Virus record (IMG/VR): IMGVR_UViG_3300035698_013060
Coordinates: 124,001-188,000 of that record
Reading direction: 5' to 3' (one strand)
DNA length: 64,000 nt
How positions within the stretch are numbered: position 1 is the stretch's first letter; every line of letters starts with the position of its first letter. The translations under genes were made by a program, and so were the position numbers. Positions 1 to 9,114 of this stretch are shown piece by piece. The notes beneath the pieces were generated by a model. The model did no database searches. It saw nothing but the letters and a program-made list of their open reading frames with translations, and was not told the DNA's origin.

Positions 1-37
1 CCACATTCGAGACACACATTTTTCATTTTCATCTACT

Positions 38-69
38 AAAAAGGGTTTAGCTCCTTTCTAGGAGCTGAG
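38..69 (-). terminator. intrinsic terminator
   Basis: agctcct-ttct-aggagct stem, followed on the minus strand by cccttttt. Confidence 0.6.
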
Positions 70-381
70 TCAATGATCCCATCCGTGATACTTTGCGACA
101 TCGAGTACCACTTTATGCGGAGCTTTCTGCATTGCATCAAAGGCCTTCTTCGCCTTTCTTCTCAACACATTGGCTTTGGATTTCCATCCTCTCGTTGAGG
201 AGAAAAGCTGCCAGTGTTCCGGTTTAACTACCGGAAAATCTTTCCCTTCTACAGCCTTCCGCATAAGAGCTTCAAAGAAGTGGTCAGGTTCAGTATCACA
301 AGCACCCCAGTCTGAGTACTTGGTCTGAGCTTCCTCAAACTCATCAATGATTTGTCTCAGTTTCAATTCTGCACTAGCCAC
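70..381 (-). CDS. hypothetical protein (103 aa)
   Basis: ORF overlapping the upstream gene's stop; last gene of a minus-strand run, followed by a hairpin. Confidence 0.7.
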   Translation of the reverse strand: MASAELKLRQIIDEFEEAQTKYSDWGACDTEPDHFFEALMRKAVEGKDFPVVKPEHWQLFSSTRGWKSKANVLRRKAKKAFDAMQKAPHKVVLDVAKYHGWDH

Positions 382-1003
382 GCTTTTCCTCCTTGGTTAT
401 CTCATCAAATGGTACTTCTTTCTCAGTAGTCCAGGTCAAGGAGCATATTTCGTTGTCATCGATCCCGATGAATCTGAACCGAACTTGGTTCAGCTCTCCA
501 TTGGGACCGACTCTCATCCTGACCAAATCCCATGGGCCGAAGATCGTGTCCCATCTCTCTTTCATCTCATCGTACAGGGGACCACAAGGACTGCTGTTCT
601 GCATTCCTCCGATCATTCCCTTGACAGCCATGAAGTAGGCTCTTCGGATTCCAGTAGCCAGGAAGAACCGGGCATGCCTGAGAGCCGTCTCATCGTCAGG
701 AAACTTCCCACACAAATCACACTTCTGGATCTCCAAGCCACGAATGTCGCTGTCGAAGATTCCCCATCCAAGACCCTGACATTCTTCACAGTCGTCAGGA
801 TCTAAGAGCTTAAGTTCAAGAAGCTCCATCCTGTTGTGGATGGAGTTGATCACTTTCTCTCTGTGGGCTGCCGAGTATGTGAATATCTCATGACCACCAG
901 AAATCCTGAGTGATCCCATGGTGGTAGCGAGGAGAATCTGTAATTCTGCATATGAAACGTGCATGTAGTACCTCTTTCTAGATCCGTCCAGTTTCCCAGG
1001 CAT
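374..1003 (-). CDS. hypothetical protein with Cys4 Zn finger
   Basis: CEEC-QGLGW...QKCDLC motif; overlaps neighbouring genes. Confidence 0.7.
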   Translation of the reverse strand: MPGKLDGSRKRYYMHVSYAELQILLATTMGSLRISGGHEIFTYSAAHREKVINSIHNRMELLELKLLDPDDCEECQGLGWGIFDSDIRGLEIQKCDLCGKFPDDETALRHARFFLATGIRRAYFMAVKGMIGGMQNSSPCGPLYDEMKERWDTIFGPWDLVRMRVGPNGELNQVRFRFIGIDDNEICSLTWTTEKEVPFDEITKEEKRG

Positions 1004-1385
1004 GGATTATGCATTCTTTATGTCTTTCGTCCATGGTGTCAACGTCAGAAAAAGGGACCTCCGTTCCATGGTGAACAGCGTCGGCGTTACATACCAGCTT
1101 CTTAGCTAGTGTTTTATCATCCTCTCTTCTTCTTTTAATCTGGAAGTCATTGACCATCTTAGCCACTTTGTTCTTACCAAACTTGGGAAGTTTAGACCAT
1201 TCATTACCAAGAGTACAACGAGCAATCGCAATCTCGATACTGTTTCCAGCACCGAGTTCTTCGTTGTCTTTGTTTCGTCTGACGCGCCACCAGCCACTAA
1301 TGACGGTAGCCCGACAAGTATCAGGATTCCTTCCAACAGCAATAGCTGCTGCTCTAACCATCAATGTGGCTGTGTCTACATTCAT
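978..1385 (-). CDS. hypothetical protein (135 aa)
   Basis: AGGAG SD upstream of ATG. Confidence 0.7.
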   Translation of the reverse strand: MNVDTATLMVRAAAIAVGRNPDTCRATVISGWWRVRRNKDNEELGAGNSIEIAIARCTLGNEWSKLPKFGKNKVAKMVNDFQIKRRREDDKTLAKKLVCNADAVHHGTEVPFSDVDTMDERHKECIIHAWETGRI

Positions 1386-1419
1386 ACTACTCTCCTAGTC
1401 GAACTCGTCCTTTTGGTTG

Positions 1420-2637
1420 TTACCTCTTACTCAAGTCCACATCCTGTTTGGTCTTCTTACACCAAACACATCTGTTGCCTCGAAGCCACCGATGTTTACC
1501 AGAAGGGTGTTCCTTACATTCTTCAGTTCGGCGTACTGGAGTCGATCTTGGTTCCTTTGGCTTTTTCATACTACAATGAAGTATGATAGATGGAACTTTC
1601 ATTCCATCTAGAGAGACGACGACCACTAGATCTTCACCCTCGATGGAAACAGTCATCTTGTGCAAGATAACCCCTACGCGACTCAAGAAGGTAGAAAGCC
1701 TATTCCTAACCCATTGGGTATACTTGAGATCATGGATCTCTGCAAAGCTTTCCTTCCAGATCTCCTTCATCTTATTTTCCAAGGCTTGTCTGACCTTGGG
1801 AAACTTTGTCCTAAGTTTCAATTTATCCAAGTTGTCAGTGAATTGTGGAGAATCATCAGGAATATCGTCCACCGGATCCAGAAAACTCTGAGCATCTTCG
1901 ATCTTTTCTTTGTCCACTTCTAGAATGGGTGCATGCGTATTACACAAATTCCTTCGGTGCTTGATTCCAACAGCGTCTAGCTGTCTTTCCAGCCATAACA
2001 ACTTAGGACCGTTCGCATACCTGGTGAAACACTTCCACTCTGTATCTTCGTTCGTCTCACTCTTGTTAATCACATTCAATGCCCACTCATGATAGCCCAT
2101 AGTGGTATCATTAAAAGCGACTTCAGCCTTCCAGTCAACTCTCGGAGCTCTTGGGTCGTCAGTCCAGATATCGGCTGGCATGTGTTTAGAAGACAGCATT
2201 TTCTGTTGCAACACACTCATAGACCCTTCAAACCCAGAAAGTTTCGCCCAGTCAGGAATTTCTCCTGTCTCTATGATGAACCTACCAGTTTCAGACATCT
2301 CCGAGAGAGACTTGCTGACAAACTCCTCGATCTCTTTGTGGGTACTGTTCCTAGCCATGATCGAGATGTTGGCAAGATACATCATCCCCATCATACACTG
2401 GACTAGATTTCCAATGTTGACTCTTTGATGCATTGTGATTGGGCTGAGGGTAACACCCCCTCCGGAGATCCCAGAAGAGAGTTGGACAATCAGCTCATAG
2501 AGGCTTGGAATCTTCATGATTTCCAACCAGCTCTCTCCGTTCCAGGCATTGACTGTACCCGTTTTCCACTCAATGTAGGCTGATCCCGGTTTGGGATCGG
2601 CTGGAGGCTCGGTCTTCGTCATTCTTAGTTCTTTCAT
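1420..2637 (-). CDS. hypothetical multi-module protein (405 aa)
   Basis: long ORF; PRVDWKAEV..DT.MGYHEW module, DUF2007-like LDAVGIKH..ILEV module, C-terminal C/H cluster. Confidence 0.75.
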   Translation of the reverse strand: MKELRMTKTEPPADPKPGSAYIEWKTGTVNAWNGESWLEIMKIPSLYELIVQLSSGISGGGVTLSPITMHQRVNIGNLVQCMMGMMYLANISIMARNSTHKEIEEFVSKSLSEMSETGRFIIETGEIPDWAKLSGFEGSMSVLQQKMLSSKHMPADIWTDDPRAPRVDWKAEVAFNDTTMGYHEWALNVINKSETNEDTEWKCFTRYANGPKLLWLERQLDAVGIKHRRNLCNTHAPILEVDKEKIEDAQSFLDPVDDIPDDSPQFTDNLDKLKLRTKFPKVRQALENKMKEIWKESFAEIHDLKYTQWVRNRLSTFLSRVGVILHKMTVSIEGEDLVVVVSLDGMKVPSIILHCSMKKPKEPRSTPVRRTEECKEHPSGKHRWLRGNRCVWCKKTKQDVDLSKR

Positions 2638-2644
2638 CTTTCCC

Positions 2645-3406
2645 CTAGACTAACGCCGCTATCAACGGCACTAGAAAGTTGCTGTAGTTGTAGATTGGAT
2701 CCATATTTTCCCAACCCGGGAAAATGTCGGAGTAAAACTCATGTCCTGCTAATATCATCTTCATTCGGAATCTGGAGACCCTATTCATCTCCCTGTAACA
2801 CTCTTCATCCAGATCCAGAGAAACATACTTTCCTCTGATTCTCTGAAGTATTCCCATCAAACCTTCATACGGGGCCTCTTCGGCCGATCGCATGATGTTC
2901 TCAAGCACTGCGAGGAAGTACTGAGAGTGTGCCTGTTCCACTGTACTCCCTAGCCCCTTCACCGTGAGCTTGTTGCTCCAGGACGACCAGTAGAACTCGA
3001 CTCCGTTCAAGTTGTAGAACGACGAGTACCTAGCAGCAAGCCTGAACTTCAGGTGTTCACCGATTTTCAATTTCGAGGCCTGGATCGTAGAGAATACTGC
3101 ATCTCTCTTGACGGAGACGATGTCATCCGATGAGATACCATTCTCTCTACAGAAGAGCCTCACGGCTCTCTTGGTTCCTTCCTCGACCCCTTCTAAAATC
3201 TTGTCATCGTCTCTGCACATCAACCCGACACGAACCAACCTTTCTTCTTTAGGAAGAGCGGCAATGGAAGCGGCCTTATCCGCTGAGATAAGGCCTTCTT
3301 CCATTATCACTGATAATCCTGCCGCCGAAAGGTCGTACTCGCGTATGACGAAGTCCCGGACACACGGGGCTTCGGTAGTCCAGCTCTGTCTGTCCGGGAA
3401 CGCCAT
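2645..3406 (-). CDS. stand-alone DNA polymerase palm-like protein (jumbo phage type)
   Basis: IREYDLSAAG (motif A-like) and IVSVKRDAVF (motif C-like); 253 aa, no exonuclease domain. Confidence 0.6.
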   Translation of the reverse strand: MAFPDRQSWTTEAPCVRDFVIREYDLSAAGLSVIMEEGLISADKAASIAALPKEERLVRVGLMCRDDDKILEGVEEGTKRAVRLFCRENGISSDDIVSVKRDAVFSTIQASKLKIGEHLKFRLAARYSSFYNLNGVEFYWSSWSNKLTVKGLGSTVEQAHSQYFLAVLENIMRSAEEAPYEGLMGILQRIRGKYVSLDLDEECYREMNRVSRFRMKMILAGHEFYSDIFPGWENMDPIYNYSNFLVPLIAALV

Positions 3407-3409
3407 TAC

Positions 3410-3673
3410 TTAATCCTCCAGAAGGCCCTTCAACACATCAGTCACGCCCTTGACGACCGGATCCTTTCTGTACGCCCTGATCAACGACTTCCCAGCAGCA
3501 ATTGCCGCTTCGGTCGCTGCTTCAGCGTGATCCATATTCGTCATTTCTTCGAAGGGCACCATAGCTCTCTTGTTCTTCTTACCCTTCTTTTTCTTCTTCC
3601 GTTTCCTACCCTCTTCAAGAGGGAGTTCTTTAGGGGGAATTCGTCCCCCTTTCGATCTGCGCTGGATTGTCAC
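3410..3673 (-). CDS. small basic hypothetical protein
   Basis: GAAGGAGG SD, GTG start, poly-Lys tract. Confidence 0.65.
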   Translation of the reverse strand: MTIQRRSKGGRIPPKELPLEEGRKRKKKKKGKKNKRAMVPFEEMTNMDHAEAATEAAIAAGKSLIRAYRKDPVVKGVTDVLKGLLED

Positions 3674-3688
3674 TTCTTCCTCCTTCTA

Positions 3689-3919
3689 CTAGGGTTCTGC
3701 CCGATACACTGGACTCGGTCTGTCCACGAACAAGGGACCGATATGAAGCTGCCTTACTCCGTCGCTCATGGATTGGTTTTCCGGAGTCCCGATTGCGCTT
3801 CGGGACTGATCAACCATTCTTAATCGAATAAGAGTCTCGACTTGTGCTTCGGTTAATCACTCCGGGATCATCATCTCCATGTGTACCGTCATCTTCTGAG
3901 TTCCGCCCTGATCGATCAT
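3689..3919 (-). pseudogene. 76-codon ORF interrupted by an in-frame TGA (3857-3859)
   Basis: MIDQGGTQKMTVHMEMMIPE*LTEAQVETLIRLRM...YRAEP fills the gap between RNase H and the next gene; AGGA SD. Confidence 0.5.
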
Positions 3920-3953
3920 CTGTCCTAATCCTTTCTCTTCTCCTAAGGCTAAT

Positions 3954-4493
3954 CTATCTTACTTCTGACTGTGCCAACTTGTCTGCTAGCTCGTTTAGTG
4001 GTATTCCTTGATGACCACGGCAATGCTGCCAGATCACTTCAGGACAACACTGGTGTTCCAAGAGTTTTATCAGCTCCTTCCATAAGTCTTGGTTCTTCAC
4101 CGGCTTTCCCTCTCGGGTCTGCCATCCGTTTTTCTGCCACTTGATCAGGTAGTCCTTAGCACTGTTAATGGCGTAGGCTGAGTCCGATACAACCATTATC
4201 CTGTAGGAACCTGGATCCTCATAGTCTTGCACAAAATTCTTCAAGCCTTCGATGATGGCTCTGAGTTCCATTCGGTTGTTTGTGACCTGAGTCGGACACA
4301 TAACCCGAGTTGGACCTTTGTAGCACTTGCTGAATTTGTGGAGAACCGCTTCCTCGTTTGCTAATACTACTCCGATTCCTCCAGTAGCGTTATCTTCTCG
4401 CTGACCGGCTATGGAGCCGTCTGCGAATATAAAGAGCAAGTCTTTATACAGAGGGGCAAACTCTCTACCGTCCCATCCTTCTACTTTTTCCAT
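3954..4493 (-). CDS. rnhA: ribonuclease HI
   Basis: FADGS, TNNRMELRA, SDSAY, W.KNGW, VKNQDLW, HCRGHQG, NELADKLA motifs. Confidence 0.95.
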   Translation of the reverse strand: MEKVEGWDGREFAPLYKDLLFIFADGSIAGQREDNATGGIGVVLANEEAVLHKFSKCYKGPTRVMCPTQVTNNRMELRAIIEGLKNFVQDYEDPGSYRIMVVSDSAYAINSAKDYLIKWQKNGWQTREGKPVKNQDLWKELIKLLEHQCCPEVIWQHCRGHQGIPLNELADKLAQSEVR

Positions 4494-4522
4494 AGATTTT
4501 TCTCCAGCTTGTTTATTGTCAT

Positions 4523-4534
4523 TAAGGGGATGTT
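4523..4534 (-). promoter_or_regulatory. late (nvRNAP-type) promoter AACA-TCCCCT-TA
   Basis: matches AACA-N6-TR; about 30 nt upstream of rnhA. Confidence 0.6.
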
Positions 4535-4546
4535 CCCTTTGTTGAG

Positions 4547-4573
4547 AAACCCCCAGCCCGTGAGGACTGGGGG
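4547..4573 (-). terminator. terminator hairpin
   Basis: cccccag..ctggggg stem followed by tttct on the minus strand. Confidence 0.6.
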
Positions 4574-4584
4574 ATCGTCTTGTA

Positions 4585-4596
4585 CGTAATATGAGT
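4585..4596 (-). promoter_or_regulatory. early-type motif ACTCATATTACG
   Basis: ATATTA core shared with 7 other sites. Confidence 0.4.
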
Positions 4597-4602
4597 TTGG
4601 GT

Positions 4603-5187
4603 CTAGCCGATGCGTTTCTGCCAATCCCGACTATCGTGGATCTTTTCGATTTTGGGATGATGTAGGAGATCGTCAGCTAGGATTGGCTTACCTGGTGTTG
4701 ATGATCCAAGGAATTCATACCATGCTTCCCAGCACAACTCAAAGCAATAGATTTCCTCGTTACCGGACTTGAACTCGAAGTCGTATTCAGTACCTTCAAC
4801 ATTGAGGGCCTTCTGAACAGCCTCCGTACAGTTCTTCTTCTTAGTCCCGGTCATTCGAGCTAGAGCGATCCGGTCTGTCCTGAAGAACGTCAGAATATCT
4901 TCTTTAACGACGTCATGAGTTGTGGCGTGAATGATTGTCTTGTCGTCAACTATCAGGGCAGCATGGCTGAAGTACCCTGGAATGAAGATAGAGTTGATGT
5001 AGCCGTCATATCGCCTGAAGATCATATCCCCGGGCTTCATGATATTGATGACATGTCGTTGTTCAGGTCCTCTCACCTTGTACTTGGTGTTGCCAAACGA
5101 CATCCAGAACGGATACTTGTGGAACTGGATACTACCAAACAACTTGATAGCGAGCTTGGTGGCTCTGTACTTCAAGGATCGTGCCAT
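4603..5187 (-). CDS. permuted NlpC/P60 (YiiX/YebB-like) papain-fold amidase
   Basis: KPGDMIF, GYFSHAAL, IIHA, YDF, IYCFEL motifs (His precedes Cys). Confidence 0.85.
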   Translation of the reverse strand: MARSLKYRATKLAIKLFGSIQFHKYPFWMSFGNTKYKVRGPEQRHVINIMKPGDMIFRRYDGYINSIFIPGYFSHAALIVDDKTIIHATTHDVVKEDILTFFRTDRIALARMTGTKKKNCTEAVQKALNVEGTEYDFEFKSGNEEIYCFELCWEAWYEFLGSSTPGKPILADDLLHHPKIEKIHDSRDWQKRIG

Positions 5188-5245
5188 TGTTCTATCCTCC
5201 TTATTGGAAGAACTGAAAAGGTAAGGGCCGGTCTCCCGGCCCTCT

Positions 5246-5257
5246 CAATGGCATGTT
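5246..5257 (-). promoter_or_regulatory. late promoter AACA-TGCCAT-TG
   Basis: AACA-N6-TG in the intergenic gap. Confidence 0.7.
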
Positions 5258-5263
5258 CTACTC

Positions 5264-5722
5264 TCAATCGTCCTTGGGGAAGCTGATTACCTCACCCCTG
5301 AGCTCAATGGGTTGATGGACTCCCCTGACCTTTCTGATCATGGTAATTTTTCCATCTACTACTCCATAGACCTCTTTCCAAACCTCGTCTGGTGCAGACT
5401 TGGAAGGGATAGAGCAAAATACCATGTCACTTCTGATCCGCCTGATAATCTCGATCTCGTTGGAGCCTTCGAGAAGTTTCACTGATACGATAGATTCTCT
5501 TTCATTTGAGATGAGTGATGCTGCCATGGTAGCAGCGTGTCTTGGCTCAACTTTAACGACACCTTCCTGAGTTTCTGTTTTCATAATTCTTAGGTTCTCC
5601 CTTGCGATTTCTCCCACCGTACTACGTTTTATCCTTTCCACAAGCTGGACGTATCCGTCCATGCTGAGTTCATCACCTGAGTTGTGGTAGGTATCAAAGC
5701 TGACGGTAAGTCTTTCTTTCAT
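5264..5722 (-). CDS. hypothetical protein (152 aa)
   Basis: ATGA overlap with the primase stop. Confidence 0.7.
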   Translation of the reverse strand: MKERLTVSFDTYHNSGDELSMDGYVQLVERIKRSTVGEIARENLRIMKTETQEGVVKVEPRHAATMAASLISNERESIVSVKLLEGSNEIEIIRRIRSDMVFCSIPSKSAPDEVWKEVYGVVDGKITMIRKVRGVHQPIELRGEVISFPKDD

Positions 5723-6741
5723 ACGATTGCTCTTCTGAGCTTGATCTCTTCTCGCTTCATACCGAAGTCCTTTCCGATCGAGTTGTAGTTAACCTCGATC
5801 TTTTCGTGTTTCAAGAGAGAGTCTTCTCTCTTGAGCCACCTGAAGAACGGTAGTCCAACCTCAGCGTCCGCGTAGAAGCGAACGTCTAGATTAAGGAAGC
5901 CCCTTGTCCTAACGGCTTTCAAGGCCGAAGCAAAGTACTTCCCACCGGCTGCTGCGAAGATTACGTCCCTTCTCTCCGCTAGATCGGGGAGTATGTGATA
6001 GGACACTCCGAGCAAATCCATGGCACCTTCAGTCATCACTAATATAACTCGTTCGGTCATGGCTTCAACCTCTTTTGGAACGGCAAAGAGGCTGTTGGAA
6101 AAGGGATCCTCACCATACAACATGCAGGCGTAGTATCTCTTCTTCCAATTTCCGGTTGTATCCCTGATTGCTAACTGTGAATGGTCTGATGAGAGGAATC
6201 CTATTCCTTCTCGAGCCAAACGCTTTATGGTTTTAGGTTCCTCCTCAAGTTTAAGCCCGTTCACCTTGATGAACCAGCCGATATCTGCGATTATACTGTA
6301 GTTCAGCCCTGCCTTGGATGGTGGAATACTGATACCTAACCTGTCCTCTACGTAGCCTAGCCTCCGGCAAGCGTCCCGATCCAGATGGATCGGGAGCTTT
6401 AACCGATGGAACCCTCCTCCAGTCTTCGGACGGAACTTTTTCCTAGCCCTAGATAGGTTGGCATGAGCCATCCTAAGGGCACCGTCATCGAAGCACCTGA
6501 GGTCTCTAACGAAGTCGGGGCTTACTGCCCCCTTCGCCTCACACCTCACGCACCTCCATATGAGGAACTCCGGGTTCTTCAACCGGATATTGAGGTGCGC
6601 ACTCATGGGGTTCTTCTGAGAATCCCCGCAATACGGGCATCTCACCGACGCGTTTCTACCACGCCGGTCCACATAGAGGACGTCGATCCTTTCTTTCAGC
6701 CTCTCCACGAAGCCATCGACGTCTTTTTGTTCCACGGTCAC
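5719..6741 (-). CDS. DNA primase (T4 gp61-like, Zn ribbon plus TOPRIM)
   Basis: RCPYCGDS...H...RCVRC; TEGAMD; YADAE; KDFG. Confidence 0.85.
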   Translation of the reverse strand: MTVEQKDVDGFVERLKERIDVLYVDRRGRNASVRCPYCGDSQKNPMSAHLNIRLKNPEFLIWRCVRCEAKGAVSPDFVRDLRCFDDGALRMAHANLSRARKKFRPKTGGGFHRLKLPIHLDRDACRRLGYVEDRLGISIPPSKAGLNYSIIADIGWFIKVNGLKLEEEPKTIKRLAREGIGFLSSDHSQLAIRDTTGNWKKRYYACMLYGEDPFSNSLFAVPKEVEAMTERVILVMTEGAMDLLGVSYHILPDLAERRDVIFAAAGGKYFASALKAVRTRGFLNLDVRFYADAEVGLPFFRWLKREDSLLKHEKIEVNYNSIGKDFGMKREEIKLRRAIV

Positions 6742-6751
6742 TCCTCGCGCT

Positions 6752-6763
6752 CAATGTCATGTT
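6752..6763 (-). promoter_or_regulatory. late/middle promoter AACA-TGACAT-TG
   Basis: AACA-N6-TG in the 25-nt gap directly before the primase SD. Confidence 0.7.
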
Positions 6764-6766
6764 CGC

Positions 6767-8248
6767 TCAGATGCTTTCCACCAGCTTGAGTACCTCATCC
6801 GTTATCCGGTTTATGGGGTAAGTATTGATATCTTTCGCCGGAACTTCAATCTCGCCCATCTCTTGCTCGTAGCTGGGTAACTCGACCGATGTGTTCACGA
6901 AGATAGTCGAAATAAGCTTGGCCAACACATTGTTACGCGACAGGTTCCCTAACGCATAACGGTACTTGACCTCTGAGAGGTACTTATACGATTGGGAACC
7001 TAAAAGACCGTTCACGAAGTCCTTCGTAGAAACGATTCGGCGCTCCAGGTCTATACCATCCGGGAACGTCGTAGTAACCCACCGGGACAGGAACTCGAAC
7101 CCGTTCGCTCGAAGCCACTTCTTAAAGAACACCAACAGAATGGCATACTCGCCGAACCTAAGGTTATACATGGAGTGGTATCGTCCGACCCTCTTCGCAA
7201 AGAACAGGAACATCAGGTTTGTCTGGACGGTGTTAACCTGGACACCATCCTTGTAATACTCCACTTCTTCTTGGGTGATCTGGATCTTAGGGTGCCTGAG
7301 ACACGATACGATCAAGTCTGACAGTCTGGCTTCCGTGACCAGAGATGCGCTTTCATCAAGCCGGGCCAGTTGGAACTCAAGTCTCTCGAAGTTCGTAAGG
7401 CGTTCGTTCTGTGGGTCCGTTACCTCATACAGATTCTGAGGACGGTAGGTCAGGGCAAAGTTCGCCTTGAACTGATACTGTAGAAGGTTTTTCAACGTCA
7501 CGTGGAGATAACTCACCACAGGCCGCGTCGGTTCTAACTTCGGAATGATGTCGATCATCAACTTCCTGAAGAACTGCGAACTAATGATGTTGGGATCCAC
7601 TGCCATGTTCAACAGTAGGTTCCACATCGTCTTGTCAGAGTACCTTGTAGTACGAACCCGAGAAGACACGATCTTGAAGATCTTGTCCTTGATGTTGACC
7701 CCATCACGGTCTACAGCCTCAAAGCATGGTTCGAAGCACAGTAAGAAGAGTCGATCGTTGCGCCCGTGGCCCCTCTTGGACAGATACTCCGTGATCAACG
7801 GAACCAAAACCTTCATTAGGAAAGAGGCTTTCAGAACGATCTTCGAGTGTTCATCAGTAAACTGAAGCTCGACATTCGCCTTCTTCCTCTTTCTAGTCCC
7901 TTCGCCAGCCGGGACATAGACTTTGTCAATGAACTCTTCAGCTGCATCCTTGCACTCCCATACAAGTTTCCGGCAGTCCCGAGCTAGATCTTCTTCAGAG
8001 TACTCCGGATAACTTTCAATCCGGTGACGAATGCACATGAATTCAATGCCCGCCATCTCCGACTTGTCAAACGATACCTGTATGGATTCCTTGATTCTTC
8101 CTGCACACTCAGGCTTGGCGTATGACCTCTTCTTAGTGAGGCTCATGGTGTCAAACCGATCATCCCCCAACTTATGAATCTCGTTAAAGTTAATGAGAAT
8201 TGATTTCGCATCCTCATCTAATTCGCATACTAGTTTCATACCCTTCAT
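6767..8248 (-). CDS. non-virion RNA polymerase promoter-specificity (sigma-like) subunit, AR9 gp226 / phiKZ gp68 family (493 aa)
   Basis: blocks KKRSY, KKANVELQFTD..KIVLKASFLMKVLVP, KIFKIVSSRV..TRYSD..W, IIPKL...VVSYL, EVLKLV are collinear with AR9 gp226 as I recall it; start moved to ATG 8248 (GGAG/AAGGA SD). Confidence 0.85.
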   Translation of the reverse strand: MKGMKLVCELDEDAKSILINFNEIHKLGDDRFDTMSLTKKRSYAKPECAGRIKESIQVSFDKSEMAGIEFMCIRHRIESYPEYSEEDLARDCRKLVWECKDAAEEFIDKVYVPAGEGTRKRKKANVELQFTDEHSKIVLKASFLMKVLVPLITEYLSKRGHGRNDRLFLLCFEPCFEAVDRDGVNIKDKIFKIVSSRVRTTRYSDKTMWNLLLNMAVDPNIISSQFFRKLMIDIIPKLEPTRPVVSYLHVTLKNLLQYQFKANFALTYRPQNLYEVTDPQNERLTNFERLEFQLARLDESASLVTEARLSDLIVSCLRHPKIQITQEEVEYYKDGVQVNTVQTNLMFLFFAKRVGRYHSMYNLRFGEYAILLVFFKKWLRANGFEFLSRWVTTTFPDGIDLERRIVSTKDFVNGLLGSQSYKYLSEVKYRYALGNLSRNNVLAKLISTIFVNTSVELPSYEQEMGEIEVPAKDINTYPINRITDEVLKLVESI

Positions 8249-8305
8249 ATCCTTCTCTCCCTTCTGCGTTCGGTTATTGTCAAGGGCAATGCTGCCGCTA
8301 GCCCC

Positions 8306-8317
8306 TAATATATGCTC
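8306..8317 (-). promoter_or_regulatory. early promoter GAGCATATATTA
   Basis: TATATTA core about 60 nt upstream of the gp226 homologue. Confidence 0.7.
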
Positions 8318-9095
8318 ACCTACTCCGACGTTTCCCTGTTGAAGATTTAGCCTTCCTCGTAGATTTAGCTTTCCTCGTAGTTGACTTTGACACTCGCTTG
8401 GCAGGCCGAGCCGCCTTAGCCCTCTTTGCAGTCCCAGAAGGTCTTTCCCTTTGGATTCGTTTCTTAGCAGCCTCCCGATCCTTCGTTTTCTTTCTCTCAG
8501 CTGCCTCAATCTTGACCACTCGTTCGTACTTCCTGAAGATTGTCTCGAAGTCTTCTACAGTCTTCGAGACCTCCTTCTCTTTCAGTTCTTGTTTATCCTC
8601 ATGTTTGATAGTGTGAAGCCTGGCATGGAGAATGTACGTAGCAGCGAAGAAGAATGATTTATCAAAACCAAAGATTGCACTCGGGTTTGCAACAACTGGC
8701 TTCTGCTCGTACATCTCCTTGTCGAACTTGTCCTTCAACCACTCGATCAAGAACCAGCCTTTGTTAGCCACATAAGCGTGACCACTAAAGACAAAGGCGG
8801 GGTTGTTGCTAAAGAGTCTCACGTCAGAGTCCATGAGGGACTTCTTGGTTCCGGTTGCCCGAGCCTCGATTAGAACGTCCCACCAGAACCGCTTCTTCTC
8901 CAGAGTCTCAGAAGGGACTTGGATATAGAAGAGGGTAAGATCATCTGTCCTATAGACAGCAGCTCTGAACCTTTTACCAACCTTGATCATCTCCCCGAAC
9001 CGTCGGTTCAGATCATCAATGATTCGGTACCGAGCTGCCGTATGAGCAGTCCCCGGCCCGGTTGGGTTGGTCATGAGCTCTTTCAGCGTAGGCAT
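8316..9095 (-). CDS. conserved jumbo-phage hypothetical protein with Lys/Arg-rich tail
   Basis: GGAG SD; lies between gp226-like and chaperonin genes; tail STTRKAKSTRKAKS encoded by an 18-nt duplication. Confidence 0.8.
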   Translation of the reverse strand: MPTLKELMTNPTGPGTAHTAARYRIIDDLNRRFGEMIKVGKRFRAAVYRTDDLTLFYIQVPSETLEKKRFWWDVLIEARATGTKKSLMDSDVRLFSNNPAFVFSGHAYVANKGWFLIEWLKDKFDKEMYEQKPVVANPSAIFGFDKSFFFAATYILHARLHTIKHEDKQELKEKEVSKTVEDFETIFRKYERVVKIEAAERKKTKDREAAKKRIQRERPSGTAKRAKAARPAKRVSKSTTRKAKSTRKAKSSTGKRRSR

Positions 9096-9114
9096 CTCTA
9101 GCCTCCATGTCTAG

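Noticed and set aside
3785-3859. Selenocysteine insertion at TGA 3857
   Set aside because: The hairpin is about 50 nt downstream, farther than a bacterial SECIS, and there is no redox-motif context.
8249-8509. N-terminal 87 aa of the 580-aa ORF call
   Set aside because: It overlaps the upstream gene and spans the early promoter; the SD and homology begin at ATG 8248.
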